Shown here: in pieces, positions 9,601-20,207 of the stretch
Numbering within the stretch: the stretch's first letter is position 1
Layout: each line of letters begins with the position of its first letter
Assembly: GCA_045635585.1 (NCBI GenBank)
Contig: JAZTWA010000020.1
Location: 2,426 to 66,425, forward strand
Source: Candidatus Enterousia sp.
GTDB taxonomy: Bacteria; Pseudomonadota; Alphaproteobacteria; Rs-D84
Direction of reading: 5' to 3'
Length of the DNA stretch: 64,000 nt
Program-made: the position numbers and the translations under genes
Notes under the pieces: generated by a model
Seen by the model: only the letters and a program-made list of their open reading frames with translations
Told to the model about the DNA's origin: nothing
Databases searched by the model: none

Positions 9601-12600
9601 TTCAACATTACATGAAATTGGTGTATAATTTTCTATTTTACCACCATTGGGTATCAAATCGATTGGTTTATTGCCTTCTAAAACCCATACTGCTTCGAAT
9701 TCGATATTAGATGCTTGGTTCCAAACAATTGTTTGTCCGGCTTTGAAATTTTGACTAATGCCTTTCCAACCATCAAACACATAGCCAGCTTTTGTACAAT
9801 CTTGATTGTTTGCAAGTGTAAATTCTTCGTCATATGTTGCCGTATCGGATGCTGGTGCAGTACCTGTTGCACCCGTACCACAAGAATATGTAACAATATA
9901 TTCATTTGGGGTCCATTGGGCATACAAATCTATGACAGTGGCATCTGTTGATGTTAAATTTTTAACATTTGCGTTATTTGCATACGTTTCGCCTTGGCCA
10001 TCAATAGATGTGTTCCAACTATTGAATGAATAACCCGTTTTTTCGAATGTATTTGTATTCAACACTTGTTCTGTGTCATATGTAAATGACTGAGATGCCG
10101 TTTCATTACCAACAGTGTTCGAATAATACTTGATTGTATATGAAATTGGCTTCCATTGGGCATAAAGCATATATTTTTGCTCTGCTTCTGTTGTCCAATT
10201 ATCGACAACCGCTTCATCACTATAGTCGATTCCGCTGCCATCGCTTTCTGTGTTCCACCCTGTAAATCTGTAGCCAACCAATGTATACGCATTTTTTGGC
10301 AAATTCGACTTTTGATTATAATAATATTTATTTGGGTTCATTTGTTCGCCAGATACATTCGCAGTCGCGTTTTCAGGTTTGTTTTTGTTAAACGATACCG
10401 TCCAAACATTAGGTGTACAAGCGGCATTTACTGTTCCAGAGTTAATTGCTTCATATCCCAGTTTTGGTGTCACATCATACACAAGTCTTGACCAAGTATT
10501 GCCCTTAAAGTTTTGTGCTTGCGGAACCGCAGTTTCACAATTTTCTTTTTCAAACACCGTTGAATCAAACCAACAATCTGTATTTGCGCTACGTGGCAAT
10601 TCAGAACGATAGTTTCCGCTGCCCAAATAATGTGCCCCGGGTAACGTGCTACAATTTGTCTGGGTCAAATCCCCATCAGCAGAGAAATATCCGTTATCAA
10701 CTGGTATACATTCACTTGTATTTGTATTTCTATAATACCCTGCATTACAAGTCTTGACCGTTACAACACAATCCGTATCGTAAACAGCACTATCGCCTTT
10801 ACCACTGGTGTAATTACATGACTTGGTTGCTGTTCCATTTTCAATCAATGCAGGTATATCCGACAGATAACATTGGGTGATAGATGTCGATTGTTGCCCT
10901 TTTGTGTAACCAGAACGAGGACATTCGTTTTTAACACCGGCATCACACCACGCATTATATGGACATTCAATTATTTTTGTATGTGTAGAATTTGTGTAAT
11001 GACCCGTTGGTACTTCTTTACAATCCGTTGCGTTTGTTTCGTCTTGATATGTTGCGCCGCCACAGAAAGTACGTCCGTGTTCTTGTCCGTCGTATTCATA
11101 TTTTATGGATTCAGCAGGACATTTATAACCCTTTGGACAATCCGTACATGTTACAGAATCTTTTGGCAGATATTGTCTTGCAGGACATATTATCATTTTT
11201 TGTTTCCAATTAACTGTAAATGTTTGATCAGATAAATAGTCCCATACAATAGATTCACCAGAATCAAAAATGTTACCAATTTCATCAGTCCACCCGTCGG
11301 CTTCATATCCTTGTCTTTGACAAGTACTGATTGTATCAGCAAGTTCAAACGTACTGTTATACGAAATGCGTGTGGTAACAATTGGTGGTGTACCTGTTAC
11401 ATCGTTGGTATTGCCACAGGAATAAGTAATTTCATATTTATTTGGCACCCATTTTGCATATAAAGTTACATCTTCTAAATATGAGTTCGTACGCAAATTA
11501 TCGGTCAAAATCATACCCGTTTCGTTAATCATTTCAACCAATGTTCCACCAACCCCAGTCCAATATCCATCGAATTGGTAGCCATCACGACTTGGGACGT
11601 CAACATTAGTATATTCGCCACCCAATGTATGCCAGTTACCACTTGCGTCACTGACTTGGATTTCTGTTTCATATATAATTTGCAACGCACCTTCATTCAA
11701 AGTGCCATCACCATTATCCAATTTGATAGAATATATTTTTGGTGTCCACTGGGCTTCAAACGTTAATCCAGTGGTACATGTTCCCTGTTCTACTTTGTCA
11801 ACAATTCCGCCGGCACTGTTCAACCAACCTTTAAATTCGTATCCTGCTTTGACGATATCAGGTAACATAAACGTTGGTGTTATAACATTACAAGATTTTA
11901 CATAGTCAGCGGATATTATATTTCCACCTTTTGTATCATATGTAATTGTTTGTGCATTACCCGCAATCCAAGCAGCATACAAAGTAATATTATCTGTCTG
12001 TGCATATTTCCGCATAGACACACCGGTATTACTATAATATTGAACCTGATTTTCATCAAACCACCCGTTGAACTTGTATCCCGACCATGTTGGTACAGAT
12101 TCTAATTTTGGCATATCGTTATCGTATTTTACAGTAACATTTGCAGGATTTTGACCATCCGCACCATTTAAATCAAATGATATTGTATATTCAATCGGTA
12201 AACATGCAGATAATGTTACCTGTTTGCCGCCTTGTTGTGTTCCATCAGCACTATATCCTGTGTCACATACACATGACGCAGATGCCGCTTTATCCAATGT
12301 TGTAGAATGACTTGGACATGCTGTACACGAAGTTGTTTGCCCCCCTAAACTAAATGAGTCTTTTGGGCAACTAGAACAAGATGCATTTGTAGTATAATTA
12401 CCAATTACAATGTGTCCAGATTTTGCCAAAACTTCGTAAACAAAGGACTCCCAACCCGCTTGGGTATATGCAATCGGACTTACTGTGACACTGTTACACC
12501 CAGACAATTCAATTGAATCTTTTAATGTATATCTACAGTTAATTGCCGCGTTGCGTGGTGACACAGAAGAATATTCGCCACCCAAAATTGATGGTGAAGG

Positions 12601-15600
12601 TGTCAAATCTGCGCATTTATTTGCCGTTGACACATCACCATATGTAACGTAATGTTCTTCTTTATATTCGTCTTCGGCCACAGATACACATTGGGCTTTT
12701 GCAGTCTTGACATATGTACCACCCGCGCATAGGGCCACACATCCATTTTCAAAACTTGTTGCGTTACCATTTCTATAACCTTCTGGACATTGAACGCGTT
12801 CAATTGAATCCGCCGCAGACCAATAGCCCGTACCAACGGTTATACATGATTGAACATCCGCGTCCGCTTGATAATACGCAGCGTCACAATGTGTTACTTT
12901 TTGATTCACACAACCAGATGTATATTCTGCGCTATTACCGTCACCACTGGAATAATAACATTCTTGGGTTCCGCCACCATTTTTTGTTGTCCAAGTTGTT
13001 TGTTTGCGACATTGTGTTTTTTGTGTTGCACCTTCTATGCCGGTTGTACCGCCATTTGGACACGTATATGCGACACCATCGATACAGTATTTTCCCATTG
13101 GGCAAATTTCACATGTTTGATTATCTTTTTTATACTGATTTGCCTCACATGATGAACACTTTGTTTTGCCTTTTTCCATCGAAACTTCGTTTTGACCACT
13201 GCATTCAAATATACCCTGGGCCGCACCTGTGTATGTGTATGTTGTTTGGTTTGGACAATAAAATCCTGCTTCACACGTCGTGCATGTTTCAGAATTTTTT
13301 GGCAAATAATTTCCTGCACGACAGTTGAATGATTTTGGATTCCAACGTGCAGTTAACATTTTAGATTCTGTACATGTACCGCCGTATATATATGTGTATG
13401 CCATGCCGGATGCATCATACCAACCAACAAAGTTGTATCCAACACGAGTTGGGGTCGGTAATTCAATGTCTTCTGTTGTTTCTTGTGTGCAGAAAAATTG
13501 ATTTTCCGATAACGTTACATCTTCGCCAGGATTTAACTGTATAACAAATTGTCCGTCCTTGCCCCACAAAGCTGTAAATGTAACATTGATTGTATGATTC
13601 CATTCAAATGTTTGTATATCATCTGGCTTATATAATTTTACACCATCTGACCAACCCAAGAAATCATATCCATCATGCTTGCATGTGTTTTCTGGCAACG
13701 TAAATGTCTGGCCATATGTAATATTTTGTGTGGCAGGCACAACACTTGATGTATCGGCATCTGCGCCACAATTAAACGTTGCAGAATATGTTACCATACT
13801 GCATTCTTCAGTGGTTGTGGCTGTATTTCCATCAACCGTTCCACCCACAGTATAACCAATTGTACATTCACATGTAGAATCAGTGTTTCCTTTGGTTGTT
13901 GAACTGTTTGATGGACATGCAGAACATGTATTATCTGATAAATAATATCCCGCTGCACATGTTTTTAATGTACATGAATTTACGACCGCAGTTTTGCCTT
14001 CATCATACCACTGTGGGTTAATCCATTCATAAACAGATTCTGCATCAGGACATGCAAGGCATTGGGCATCGCCATTATTTGCGGTGTATGTGCCATTTGA
14101 ACACAATTGACATGTTGCACCTGCAACACTATAAGAACCCGCAGGACATGCAGCACACACGTTTTCTTGGTTTGGAACATATGTTGATGCGCCAAGTGAT
14201 GTTCCGGCCGCACAATTGTGTGCTTTATAGTAATAGAACGGTATTACATATTTTGAACCTTGTGTCACAGCTGTATCTTCGACCATGGTTTGATTTACAA
14301 CAATTGATTGGAATTGAATCAATTCAGTTGCATTGGAATCAGAAATATTCAATCCCAAAACGGCATTATTTAATGTTTGGTTCGGATCTAAAATAATTGT
14401 GATTGCACTTATAATTCTATTGTCGTTGGAAGGGTGGTCTAACTCCCATGCCACAGTACTATCATTTGTTACTTCTGCGGACGACCAAGAAATATACTTC
14501 CCAGTCTCTTGACCTTGAATTTCATACACACGCCCATTTGGGGCTAATAGAGTTACTTCAACACCCGCAATCTTGATTGGTGTATTGGACGATGTGGTTA
14601 AAACCAAATATTTATTATTTTTATAATCAAAAGTTTCTTTGGTTATATATTGACCAGCAGGTCTGTTGTAAACACATGCTGTTTCCAGTGTTCCATGAAT
14701 CAGAGTCGTACCTTCAAAGGAAACATTGGCGTTTTCACCACCATTAGGTAATGCAATCTTTGGGCACATATATAATTTTGACGTCTGACCATATTTTACA
14801 TATTCGTCCTGTGTCCAATATGTCTGATCTGTTTGATTAATCTGCATAATATCTTCTTTTTCACCGAATGGAACCAATATTTCGTACCCTGGGGAAACAC
14901 TCACTGCACAATCAGTGATGTTGACTGCATTTGTTGCCGAACGATAGAAATCTGGGCATTTTTCGCGACAGCCTTCGATATTATAATTGGTTTCACCAAT
15001 CCCTGGACAATACCACCCCTGTGGGCAATCTTGATGTTGTTGACCATCAAAATATTTTCCAGATTCACATGCCACAGGTGCACCAATATATTTTGCCGTT
15101 AATGTCAAATTTGCAGCTGTTTTGTAAATCAACGTTTGGTTTGCATCCGCATATTTTTCATTTTCGTTAATATACCAACCCATAAATTCATAATTTTCAT
15201 TTTGACATGTATTGGCCGCGGTTGTAAATTCGGAATTATATGTAACGGTCTGGGTTTCAATTGTTCCAGTGCCTTCACCACACGAATAAGACACAGTATA
15301 TGTTGCCGGTTCGCAAGATGCGGTTAGTTCCGTTTCATTTTTGTTCGATGTAATGAAGAATGATGTACTTCCATTGTTTATATATCCAGGATTGCAGATA
15401 AACTTGCACTGGAATTGATTTGCACCTAAATCTGTCGGTCTGGAGATACGATTTGTGTATACATTTTCGCCAGACACACATTGTGCAGCCGTCCAAACGA
15501 CATACAGTGTTACATTATCACCATTTGGCGATAAATCCTTGCCATCTGTACCCGCATCATAGCATGCACCCGTACCATCAGCATTTGTGCACCATTTTGT

Positions 15601-18516
15601 ACCTGCGATAGACACAGAGTCTGAACTATATTTGACGTATTGTGTTGGATCTGGCAACCAATTATTACATGTATCTTGACCAAAGACGCATTTAAATACT
15701 GAAATACTGTTGTTGTTATCATTCGGCATTAATGTAACAGTATATTGTTTTGCAGAATATATTGCAGTTAATTCTTTATTACCATCACACAAGATAGATG
15801 CATCTGCGGTTGCGTTTGTGTAATATTGCCTGCCGTTCATATCAACCCAATAATTAAAGGTATAACCATTTTTAATTGGAACATATTCAGACAAGTCAAC
15901 ACCATTATTGCGTACATTACATGAAAACACACTGGTTCCAATGGTGCCACCATCTGGGTTCAAAGTAATTGTTGCATCGCCCTGTTCTTTGTATTGTGCC
16001 ACAAATTTTACATCTGAATCTGTGTTCCATACAATATTTTCACCCGCCAAATATGTTGATGTGCCTGTTTCAGATTTCCAATTCAAAAATTCAAACATAT
16101 CTGGTGCGACACAAGAATTTTCCGGCATTTGATATGCCACACCATAGTCTATGGTAGTTGCCGCAGGCGCGGTTCCTGTACCGTTGCCACAATCAAATGT
16201 TATATTGTATGTCTTGGCAACACATGCATTTGTGGTTGTTGTGTTTGCGTCACCGTTTATATATCCGGTATCGCATGTACAGAATTGATTTGCGGTTCCT
16301 GTGTTATTTGAATATTCTGGACAGACGTTGCATTGTGTTGCAAAATTTGCGTTATCAGTAAATGTTCCAGCCGCACATGGTGAACATGTTGTGCCATCAA
16401 CAAAATATCCCGCCGCCGCCTTTAAGTCCTTTGCAACAGGTGTGGTGGACCAGTCGCTATTCGCGCTTTTCGACGGTGATTTTGTTAATGTACCAGATGT
16501 ACAAACATTTGCAATTGGACTGTTTGCAATTGTTGGGTTTGTTATCATTTGGCATTGTGAATATGCACCTAAACCATCGGCGTCGCTGATTTGCCATCCT
16601 GTTTCTGCACTGGGGCATGGGTTCTGGGTCGCACTGGTGGAATGTGCGGGACAATAGTACCCCGGCGAACATTTACCAGAACATGCAGATGTTGTTAAGC
16701 CGCGTGTTGCACCATAAGTACCCGCCGGACAGGGCTTTTGCTCGGTCGCCATTGGCGCATCTGTATAATATCCCAAATCAGTCAATGTACATGTTGGTGT
16801 TTCTGTACCCTGATAATATGTTTTTTCTGTACTGGAATATTCGCCCATTGCGCATGATTCGATTGTATATGGAACCAATGGCAAAGATATGCTTGTAAGT
16901 TCGTTAGACCCTATGACTGTGTCAAGTAACGTATATGTTGTTTTGTATGATCCGACGGTCAATTCAACCGCAGGCGGTCTAGTTCCTTTTGTGTATAATT
17001 CTATGCGTGACAAGTATCCATTTGGTATTTCTTCTGGCATAAAATAAATTTCCAGGGGGTTGCCTTCTTCAAAATACATATAATTTTCACGATTGTCGAA
17101 ATTAATATATAAATCTTGGGCATAATCTGTGTTATCTGTGTCGTTTTGTAGTACCATATGGTGAATAACACCGTTATGTGTACGTGGATCCAACATTATT
17201 TCTTCACCAGCTTCTGTCATCATATATATGCGTATGCCTGAAAGCCCAAAACTATTTCCGATTGATCTTAATGAAAAGGATTTAATATCTTTCCAAACAC
17301 GTTGTCCGTCTTGAACAATGTATGCACCTGCAGGCACTGTTGTTTGACACGCCGTTTCATATGATATGTGATTTGTGCCGGCGCGTCCCTGAAATGGTGT
17401 GCCTGCGCCATTCGCACGTGCATATGCCGCACAATAGTTAAGATTGGAAACAGCGCCATAATAAACCAAACTGGCCGATGTCCAGAAATTGTATGGTTTG
17501 TCTTTCCATCCGATTGCAGAATTTATTGGTTCACAAGACTTTCCGGATTCTATGACCGCATAACCAGCCGGACATACGATACATGATGTCCCCCATTTGT
17601 TGTTGTTTCTTATTTTATCAATAAAATCAACCAGATCTTCCCGTGAATTTGGGGCTGGTAAATTTTTATCAGAAAAATAATTAATAAATTCGTTTAAATC
17701 CGCAGGTTCGGTCATTGTACCGTATGTTCCTTGGACATAATTTGACCCAGAACACAATGCGAGATACGCATCAAACGTCAATTCAATACTGCCAATGCGT
17801 TCCCATTGGGCATACAAAGTTACGCTATCATCCGTTGTTAAATTACTGACCATTTCTTTATCAGAAAACAGAACATCATTAGCTGTTCTCCTCCAACCAG
17901 CAAATGCATATCCGTCACGCGTAAATTTGTTTGCCGGCAATTCGGACTTTGTGCCGTATGTATAAACCTCAGGGTCCATGGTCCCCGAACCACCGTTGGG
18001 ATTAAAATTAACCGTATATTGATTAGCATTCCATACCGCGTACAAGGTTATTTCTGTATCTGTGGTCAAATTTTTAACAGTTTGACCGGGGGTATATGAA
18101 GTTCCTGTGCCATTTGTTTTTGTATTCCAGTGTGAAAAGGTATAACCAGGGCGTATGGGGGTTTTTGTTGTTAAATTCTCTAAAGTCCCGTAAGTCATTG
18201 TTTGTGCCGATGGGACACCATATGAATCACTGCCATTTCCTGCATACTTTACAGTATATTGCTTGCCAGTGTATTGGGCATATAATACAAAATTACCACC
18301 ATTTGTTGCGACAAGGTTTAATACAGTTGATGCATCATCATAATGTGTGCCACTGCCATCGGCCGCAGTATTCCAACCGTTTGCATTATATCCATCAAGT
18401 GAAAATTCATTTGCTTTTAACACACAATCCGAACCATATGTACATGGTGTATCCGTTATGTCACCCGAACCACCATTGGCATCATATGTAACCGTATAGG
18501 TATTTTGAATACACAT
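6688..18516 (-). CDS. Giant Cys-rich mosaic surface/secreted protein, downstream 3942-codon part of a frameshifted ~4506-aa gene
   Basis: Uninterrupted 11.8-kb ORF. N-terminal Listeria-Bacteroides-type repeats (YTVTYDANGGSG...GYNANGW...LYAQY, nt ~17797-18501). Dozens of C..G.Y....C..CP.G.YC modules, further YxVxFxxNGG repeats, two Cys-free beta-sandwich-like inserts (~16867-17304 and ~14225-14650), and C-terminal EGF-like C..GY...C repeats (~6691-7400). It has no signal peptide of its own, and the frame stays open upstream of the listed Met. Confidence 0.85.
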   Translation of the reverse strand: MCIQNTYTVTYDANGGSGDITDTPCTYGSDCVLKANEFSLDGYNANGWNTAADGSGTHYDDASTVLNLVATNGGNFVLYAQYTGKQYTVKYAGNGSDSYGVPSAQTMTYGTLENLTTKTPIRPGYTFSHWNTKTNGTGTSYTPGQTVKNLTTDTEITLYAVWNANQYTVNFNPNGGSGTMDPEVYTYGTKSELPANKFTRDGYAFAGWRRTANDVLFSDKEMVSNLTTDDSVTLYAQWERIGSIELTFDAYLALCSGSNYVQGTYGTMTEPADLNEFINYFSDKNLPAPNSREDLVDFIDKIRNNNKWGTSCIVCPAGYAVIESGKSCEPINSAIGWKDKPYNFWTSASLVYYGAVSNLNYCAAYARANGAGTPFQGRAGTNHISYETACQTTVPAGAYIVQDGQRVWKDIKSFSLRSIGNSFGLSGIRIYMMTEAGEEIMLDPRTHNGVIHHMVLQNDTDNTDYAQDLYINFDNRENYMYFEEGNPLEIYFMPEEIPNGYLSRIELYTKGTRPPAVELTVGSYKTTYTLLDTVIGSNELTSISLPLVPYTIESCAMGEYSSTEKTYYQGTETPTCTLTDLGYYTDAPMATEQKPCPAGTYGATRGLTTSACSGKCSPGYYCPAHSTSATQNPCPSAETGWQISDADGLGAYSQCQMITNPTIANSPIANVCTSGTLTKSPSKSANSDWSTTPVAKDLKAAAGYFVDGTTCSPCAAGTFTDNANFATQCNVCPEYSNNTGTANQFCTCDTGYINGDANTTTTNACVAKTYNITFDCGNGTGTAPAATTIDYGVAYQMPENSCVAPDMFEFLNWKSETGTSTYLAGENIVWNTDSDVKFVAQYKEQGDATITLNPDGGTIGTSVFSCNVRNNGVDLSEYVPIKNGYTFNYWVDMNGRQYYTNATADASILCDGNKELTAIYSAKQYTVTLMPNDNNNSISVFKCVFGQDTCNNWLPDPTQYVKYSSDSVSIAGTKWCTNADGTGACYDAGTDGKDLSPNGDNVTLYVVWTAAQCVSGENVYTNRISRPTDLGANQFQCKFICNPGYINNGSTSFFITSNKNETELTASCEPATYTVSYSCGEGTGTIETQTVTYNSEFTTAANTCQNENYEFMGWYINENEKYADANQTLIYKTAANLTLTAKYIGAPVACESGKYFDGQQHQDCPQGWYCPGIGETNYNIEGCREKCPDFYRSATNAVNITDCAVSVSPGYEILVPFGEKEDIMQINQTDQTYWTQDEYVKYGQTSKLYMCPKIALPNGGENANVSFEGTTLIHGTLETACVYNRPAGQYITKETFDYKNNKYLVLTTSSNTPIKIAGVEVTLLAPNGRVYEIQGQETGKYISWSSAEVTNDSTVAWELDHPSNDNRIISAITIILDPNQTLNNAVLGLNISDSNATELIQFQSIVVNQTMVEDTAVTQGSKYVIPFYYYKAHNCAAGTSLGASTYVPNQENVCAACPAGSYSVAGATCQLCSNGTYTANNGDAQCLACPDAESVYEWINPQWYDEGKTAVVNSCTLKTCAAGYYLSDNTCSACPSNSSTTKGNTDSTCECTIGYTVGGTVDGNTATTTEECSMVTYSATFNCGADADTSSVVPATQNITYGQTFTLPENTCKHDGYDFLGWSDGVKLYKPDDIQTFEWNHTINVTFTALWGKDGQFVIQLNPGEDVTLSENQFFCTQETTEDIELPTPTRVGYNFVGWYDASGMAYTYIYGGTCTESKMLTARWNPKSFNCRAGNYLPKNSETCTTCEAGFYCPNQTTYTYTGAAQGIFECSGQNEVSMEKGKTKCSSCEANQYKKDNQTCEICPMGKYCIDGVAYTCPNGGTTGIEGATQKTQCRKQTTWTTKNGGGTQECYYSSGDGNSAEYTSGCVNQKVTHCDAAYYQADADVQSCITVGTGYWSAADSIERVQCPEGYRNGNATSFENGCVALCAGGTYVKTAKAQCVSVAEDEYKEEHYVTYGDVSTANKCADLTPSPSILGGEYSSVSPRNAAINCRYTLKDSIELSGCNSVTVSPIAYTQAGWESFVYEVLAKSGHIVIGNYTTNASCSSCPKDSFSLGGQTTSCTACPSHSTTLDKAASASCVCDTGYSADGTQQGGKQVTLSACLPIEYTISFDLNGADGQNPANVTVKYDNDMPKLESVPTWSGYKFNGWFDENQVQYYSNTGVSMRKYAQTDNITLYAAWIAGNAQTITYDTKGGNIISADYVKSCNVITPTFMLPDIVKAGYEFKGWLNSAGGIVDKVEQGTCTTGLTFEAQWTPKIYSIKLDNGDGTLNEGALQIIYETEIQVSDASGNWHTLGGEYTNVDVPSRDGYQFDGYWTGVGGTLVEMINETGMILTDNLRTNSYLEDVTLYAKWVPNKYEITYSCGNTNDVTGTPPIVTTRISYNSTFELADTISTCQRQGYEADGWTDEIGNIFDSGESIVWDYLSDQTFTVNWKQKMIICPARQYLPKDSVTCTDCPKGYKCPAESIKYEYDGQEHGRTFCGGATYQDETNATDCKEVPTGHYTNSTHTKIIECPYNAWCDAGVKNECPRSGYTKGQQSTSITQCYLSDIPALIENGTATKSCNYTSGKGDSAVYDTDCVVTVKTCNAGYYRNTNTSECIPVDNGYFSADGDLTQTNCSTLPGAHYLGSGNYRSELPRSANTDCWFDSTVFEKENCETAVPQAQNFKGNTWSRLVYDVTPKLGYEAINSGTVNAACTPNVWTVSFNKNKPENATANVSGEQMNPNKYYYNQKSNLPKNAYTLVGYRFTGWNTESDGSGIDYSDEAVVDNWTTEAEQKYMLYAQWKPISYTIKYYSNTVGNETASQSFTYDTEQVLNTNTFEKTGYSFNSWNTSIDGQGETYANNANVKNLTSTDATVIDLYAQWTPNEYIVTYSCGTGATGTAPASDTATYDEEFTLANNQDCTKAGYVFDGWKGISQNFKAGQTIVWNQASNIEFEAVWVLEGNKPIDLIPNGGKIENYTPISCNVESDPIELPIPSKTGYTFNGWLWNGNVVEYTDSAMCENGATLSAKWEANTYNVTYSCGDDVNGNAPDADSVKYDSVLTLPENAGTCKLQGYEFAGWTDMTNNAEYQKGAEIDYVFDFNKTFVATYQIKSIECAVGEYLPASAELCQPCDAGFKCPDTVKIYTYSTTDSQGATACSKANEYQPQTGQTSCKVIEGGYIKVSDTTLENCGKNHYCIAGKKTQCPDGGLTESETASQSRDCYKTDTSILNGTGTKKCYLSVTKYDLNCVVTDVLSCNSGYYKVGNNCKFVEKGYYSAKDELDRHACSELSGANPDGGTYSSVSPYATNTDCRYTAPNKAINGCATVEVQQVAYNGTTYPETTYVVTANTGYEAKDSGTSNPTCEPKTYNVGYKCDYGMELQNVSQHQFGSTITIESGDICERKYYTFSGWVASDGRAYNGGARYTLSEDTDVTFTAQWVSNAIECTAGTYYSGTGDRCTECPPKSFCNGSQTIFEKNSGKSEGIESCPSEYPNSIKGTKTKDNCYAVVEKSGKQLDVITPKNCSDVEKFMSCNPTTCTYNDYYGQEGETCDSATDCYPTATEVVADQGAYVDGNMCYTCPGKGDSVGGKNDKSDCFDSNIVCDVIEDGVKIGEGTQTCYYGTNAYTEKCSECTAFACGKGFVIDGDKCVPCPAGYVCDPKYDGGKPYTCTERTGGAYPYSDEGASSITGCYAKCEIRNVENGIITPVDTKAPYLQQCKYKTMTDHECEVVGNTCYEFKCRDGWEKVNGICQECDRENALSYKPGGNCVIESCVSGYHPEGQQCAEDVRSCEASNAIVATQTWDHKKGAFGVCIIQECVGGYHVERNICKQDDTTCALPHGIGEREWDESLGKWGDCIATECFPGYTNDPNLTDSMNYEQCGECNNKYDASGEQLVSSYVRECEIGACMFHGEKYWLENNECISICEDLDDETGTRRWNPETNKCDNICNPGYQSW

Positions 18517-20207
18517 TGTGCGGGCATTATTTGCATGTGTTCCTGTATCACATGTTTCACATGATGTTGCCCCGTATTTGGCGCAATTGATGTCGCATCA
18601 CAACTAGGGCACGAAGTGGTCCCAAATGTATTGGAATATGTTCCTGCTGCGCAACTTTGTTGGGCAATATTGCCAGTGGACGATGTATATTTTCCATAAT
18701 CTGTATATACAGGCAATGGATTTAAAATAATGCTTTCCGCGATTAATGAATCTCTGTTCAATATTTGTCTGTTATCAGTATGACTACGCATGCGTTCGTC
18801 AGAAAAAAGAACACCATCAGAATCAACCATATACAAAAATTCATATTCTGGCTGATACATACCTTCAGGAACAGGAACAATCTGACGCACAGCGGTCAAA
18901 TCATATGCACGGGCGACGCCATATAAAGCGTTATAGCTAAGATTTTTATTTGCCGCATAGACAACCCCCTCATAAGACCCACCTAAAACAAAAATCGTTA
19001 CATCACTGGCATTTAAATTGGCAGCCGCCATGGTATTCGAATAATGTAAAACAATCTTGTCAATTCTGCTGATAGGCTGTTTGAATTCAAAGGTTAACCG
19101 AGTCCCTGCAGGATATATCTTCGAATTGTTCGTGCCAGCAGGGTATGCATTTTCATCAAATAACACCCCGTTATTATAGATAAATTCTGGATCTTTGGCG
19201 TAGTATAATAAATCTGCTGTGGAAAAGCGGCCTGTTGTACCATCACTTTTTGAACCATAAATCTCTATTTCAGTTAATATAACATCTGCTTTATTTTGAT
19301 TTTCCAAGATTAAAGTTAATATTTTTAAGTTACTTAATGGGACTTTTCTAACCATATATCCCGCCATATTGGCGTCTTTACCAATATCGACCCCATCTTT
19401 ACCAAAGAATATGCCACATTTGTATTTAGAATCGTGCAATACCCCAGGATAATTTAAATGGGTCCCCCACACTTCATACCCCGTTGGATAAGTAGTTTCA
19501 CGATCAAGTGCGACAATTTGTGGGCATAAATCAACAACCTGTGCTTCATCAGACCAATTAACTTGATTATCTTTATAAAAAGGCTGTTCGGGTCCAATTA
19601 ATGGAACGCAACTATTATTATTCGCATCAAAATAATAACCCTTTTCACACACAATACATTCGCCAAATTCGTTACCGTTTTTTATCGCAACACCCCTGAT
19701 TCCATAACCATCGGCACGACATTCTTTTAAGATTAAACTTGAATTAGCTGGTGCATTCGAACAATTCATCCAAGTATTCAGTGGCAGCGACAAACAATCA
19801 TCCGTCAAGTACGTACTTTTTGTTAAATTCTGTGAACAGTCCAACAGACTTGCGGTCCTGTCTACACTGGTAGTACCGTACGGACATGCATATGCCCCGA
19901 TTACAGGAGCATCAAAATCTAGGGCACCTGGAACAAAAGAACCAACTTTATTTAGGTCTGCAGCAGAGAAACGGTATGCACCACCAGGACAATAATAACC
20001 CGCAGGACATCTTTCACATCCATGTCCAGCAACGGCAGCAAAACCAGCATCACAGACATATTCTATACCTGGCATACAGATATCCTGTCGCAAAATATTT
20101 TGTGGTGCATATGGTGCCGAACACGTCACCGCAAATGCGGATTGTGACGCAAATACAACCATAAACAACGTTGATAAAAAGCCCAGAATTCTGCTGATTT
20201 TCTTCAT
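18456..20207 (-). CDS. N-terminal 583-codon part of the same giant gene (signal peptide, Cys-rich modules, EIEIYG beta-sandwich module)
   Basis: MKKISRILGFLSTLFMVVFASQSAFA signal peptide; CERCPAGYYCPGG modules; ILTEIEIYGSK module (~18963-19361). After ...CPSCDATSIAPNTG the last ~37 residues turn nonsense-like, and the ORF overlaps the 3942-aa ORF by 61 nt. Confidence 0.8.
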   Translation of the reverse strand: MKKISRILGFLSTLFMVVFASQSAFAVTCSAPYAPQNILRQDICMPGIEYVCDAGFAAVAGHGCERCPAGYYCPGGAYRFSAADLNKVGSFVPGALDFDAPVIGAYACPYGTTSVDRTASLLDCSQNLTKSTYLTDDCLSLPLNTWMNCSNAPANSSLILKECRADGYGIRGVAIKNGNEFGECIVCEKGYYFDANNNSCVPLIGPEQPFYKDNQVNWSDEAQVVDLCPQIVALDRETTYPTGYEVWGTHLNYPGVLHDSKYKCGIFFGKDGVDIGKDANMAGYMVRKVPLSNLKILTLILENQNKADVILTEIEIYGSKSDGTTGRFSTADLLYYAKDPEFIYNNGVLFDENAYPAGTNNSKIYPAGTRLTFEFKQPISRIDKIVLHYSNTMAAANLNASDVTIFVLGGSYEGVVYAANKNLSYNALYGVARAYDLTAVRQIVPVPEGMYQPEYEFLYMVDSDGVLFSDERMRSHTDNRQILNRDSLIAESIILNPLPVYTDYGKYTSSTGNIAQQSCAAGTYSNTFGTTSCPSCDATSIAPNTGQHHVKHVIQEHMQIMPAQCVFKIPIRLHMMPMVVRVT

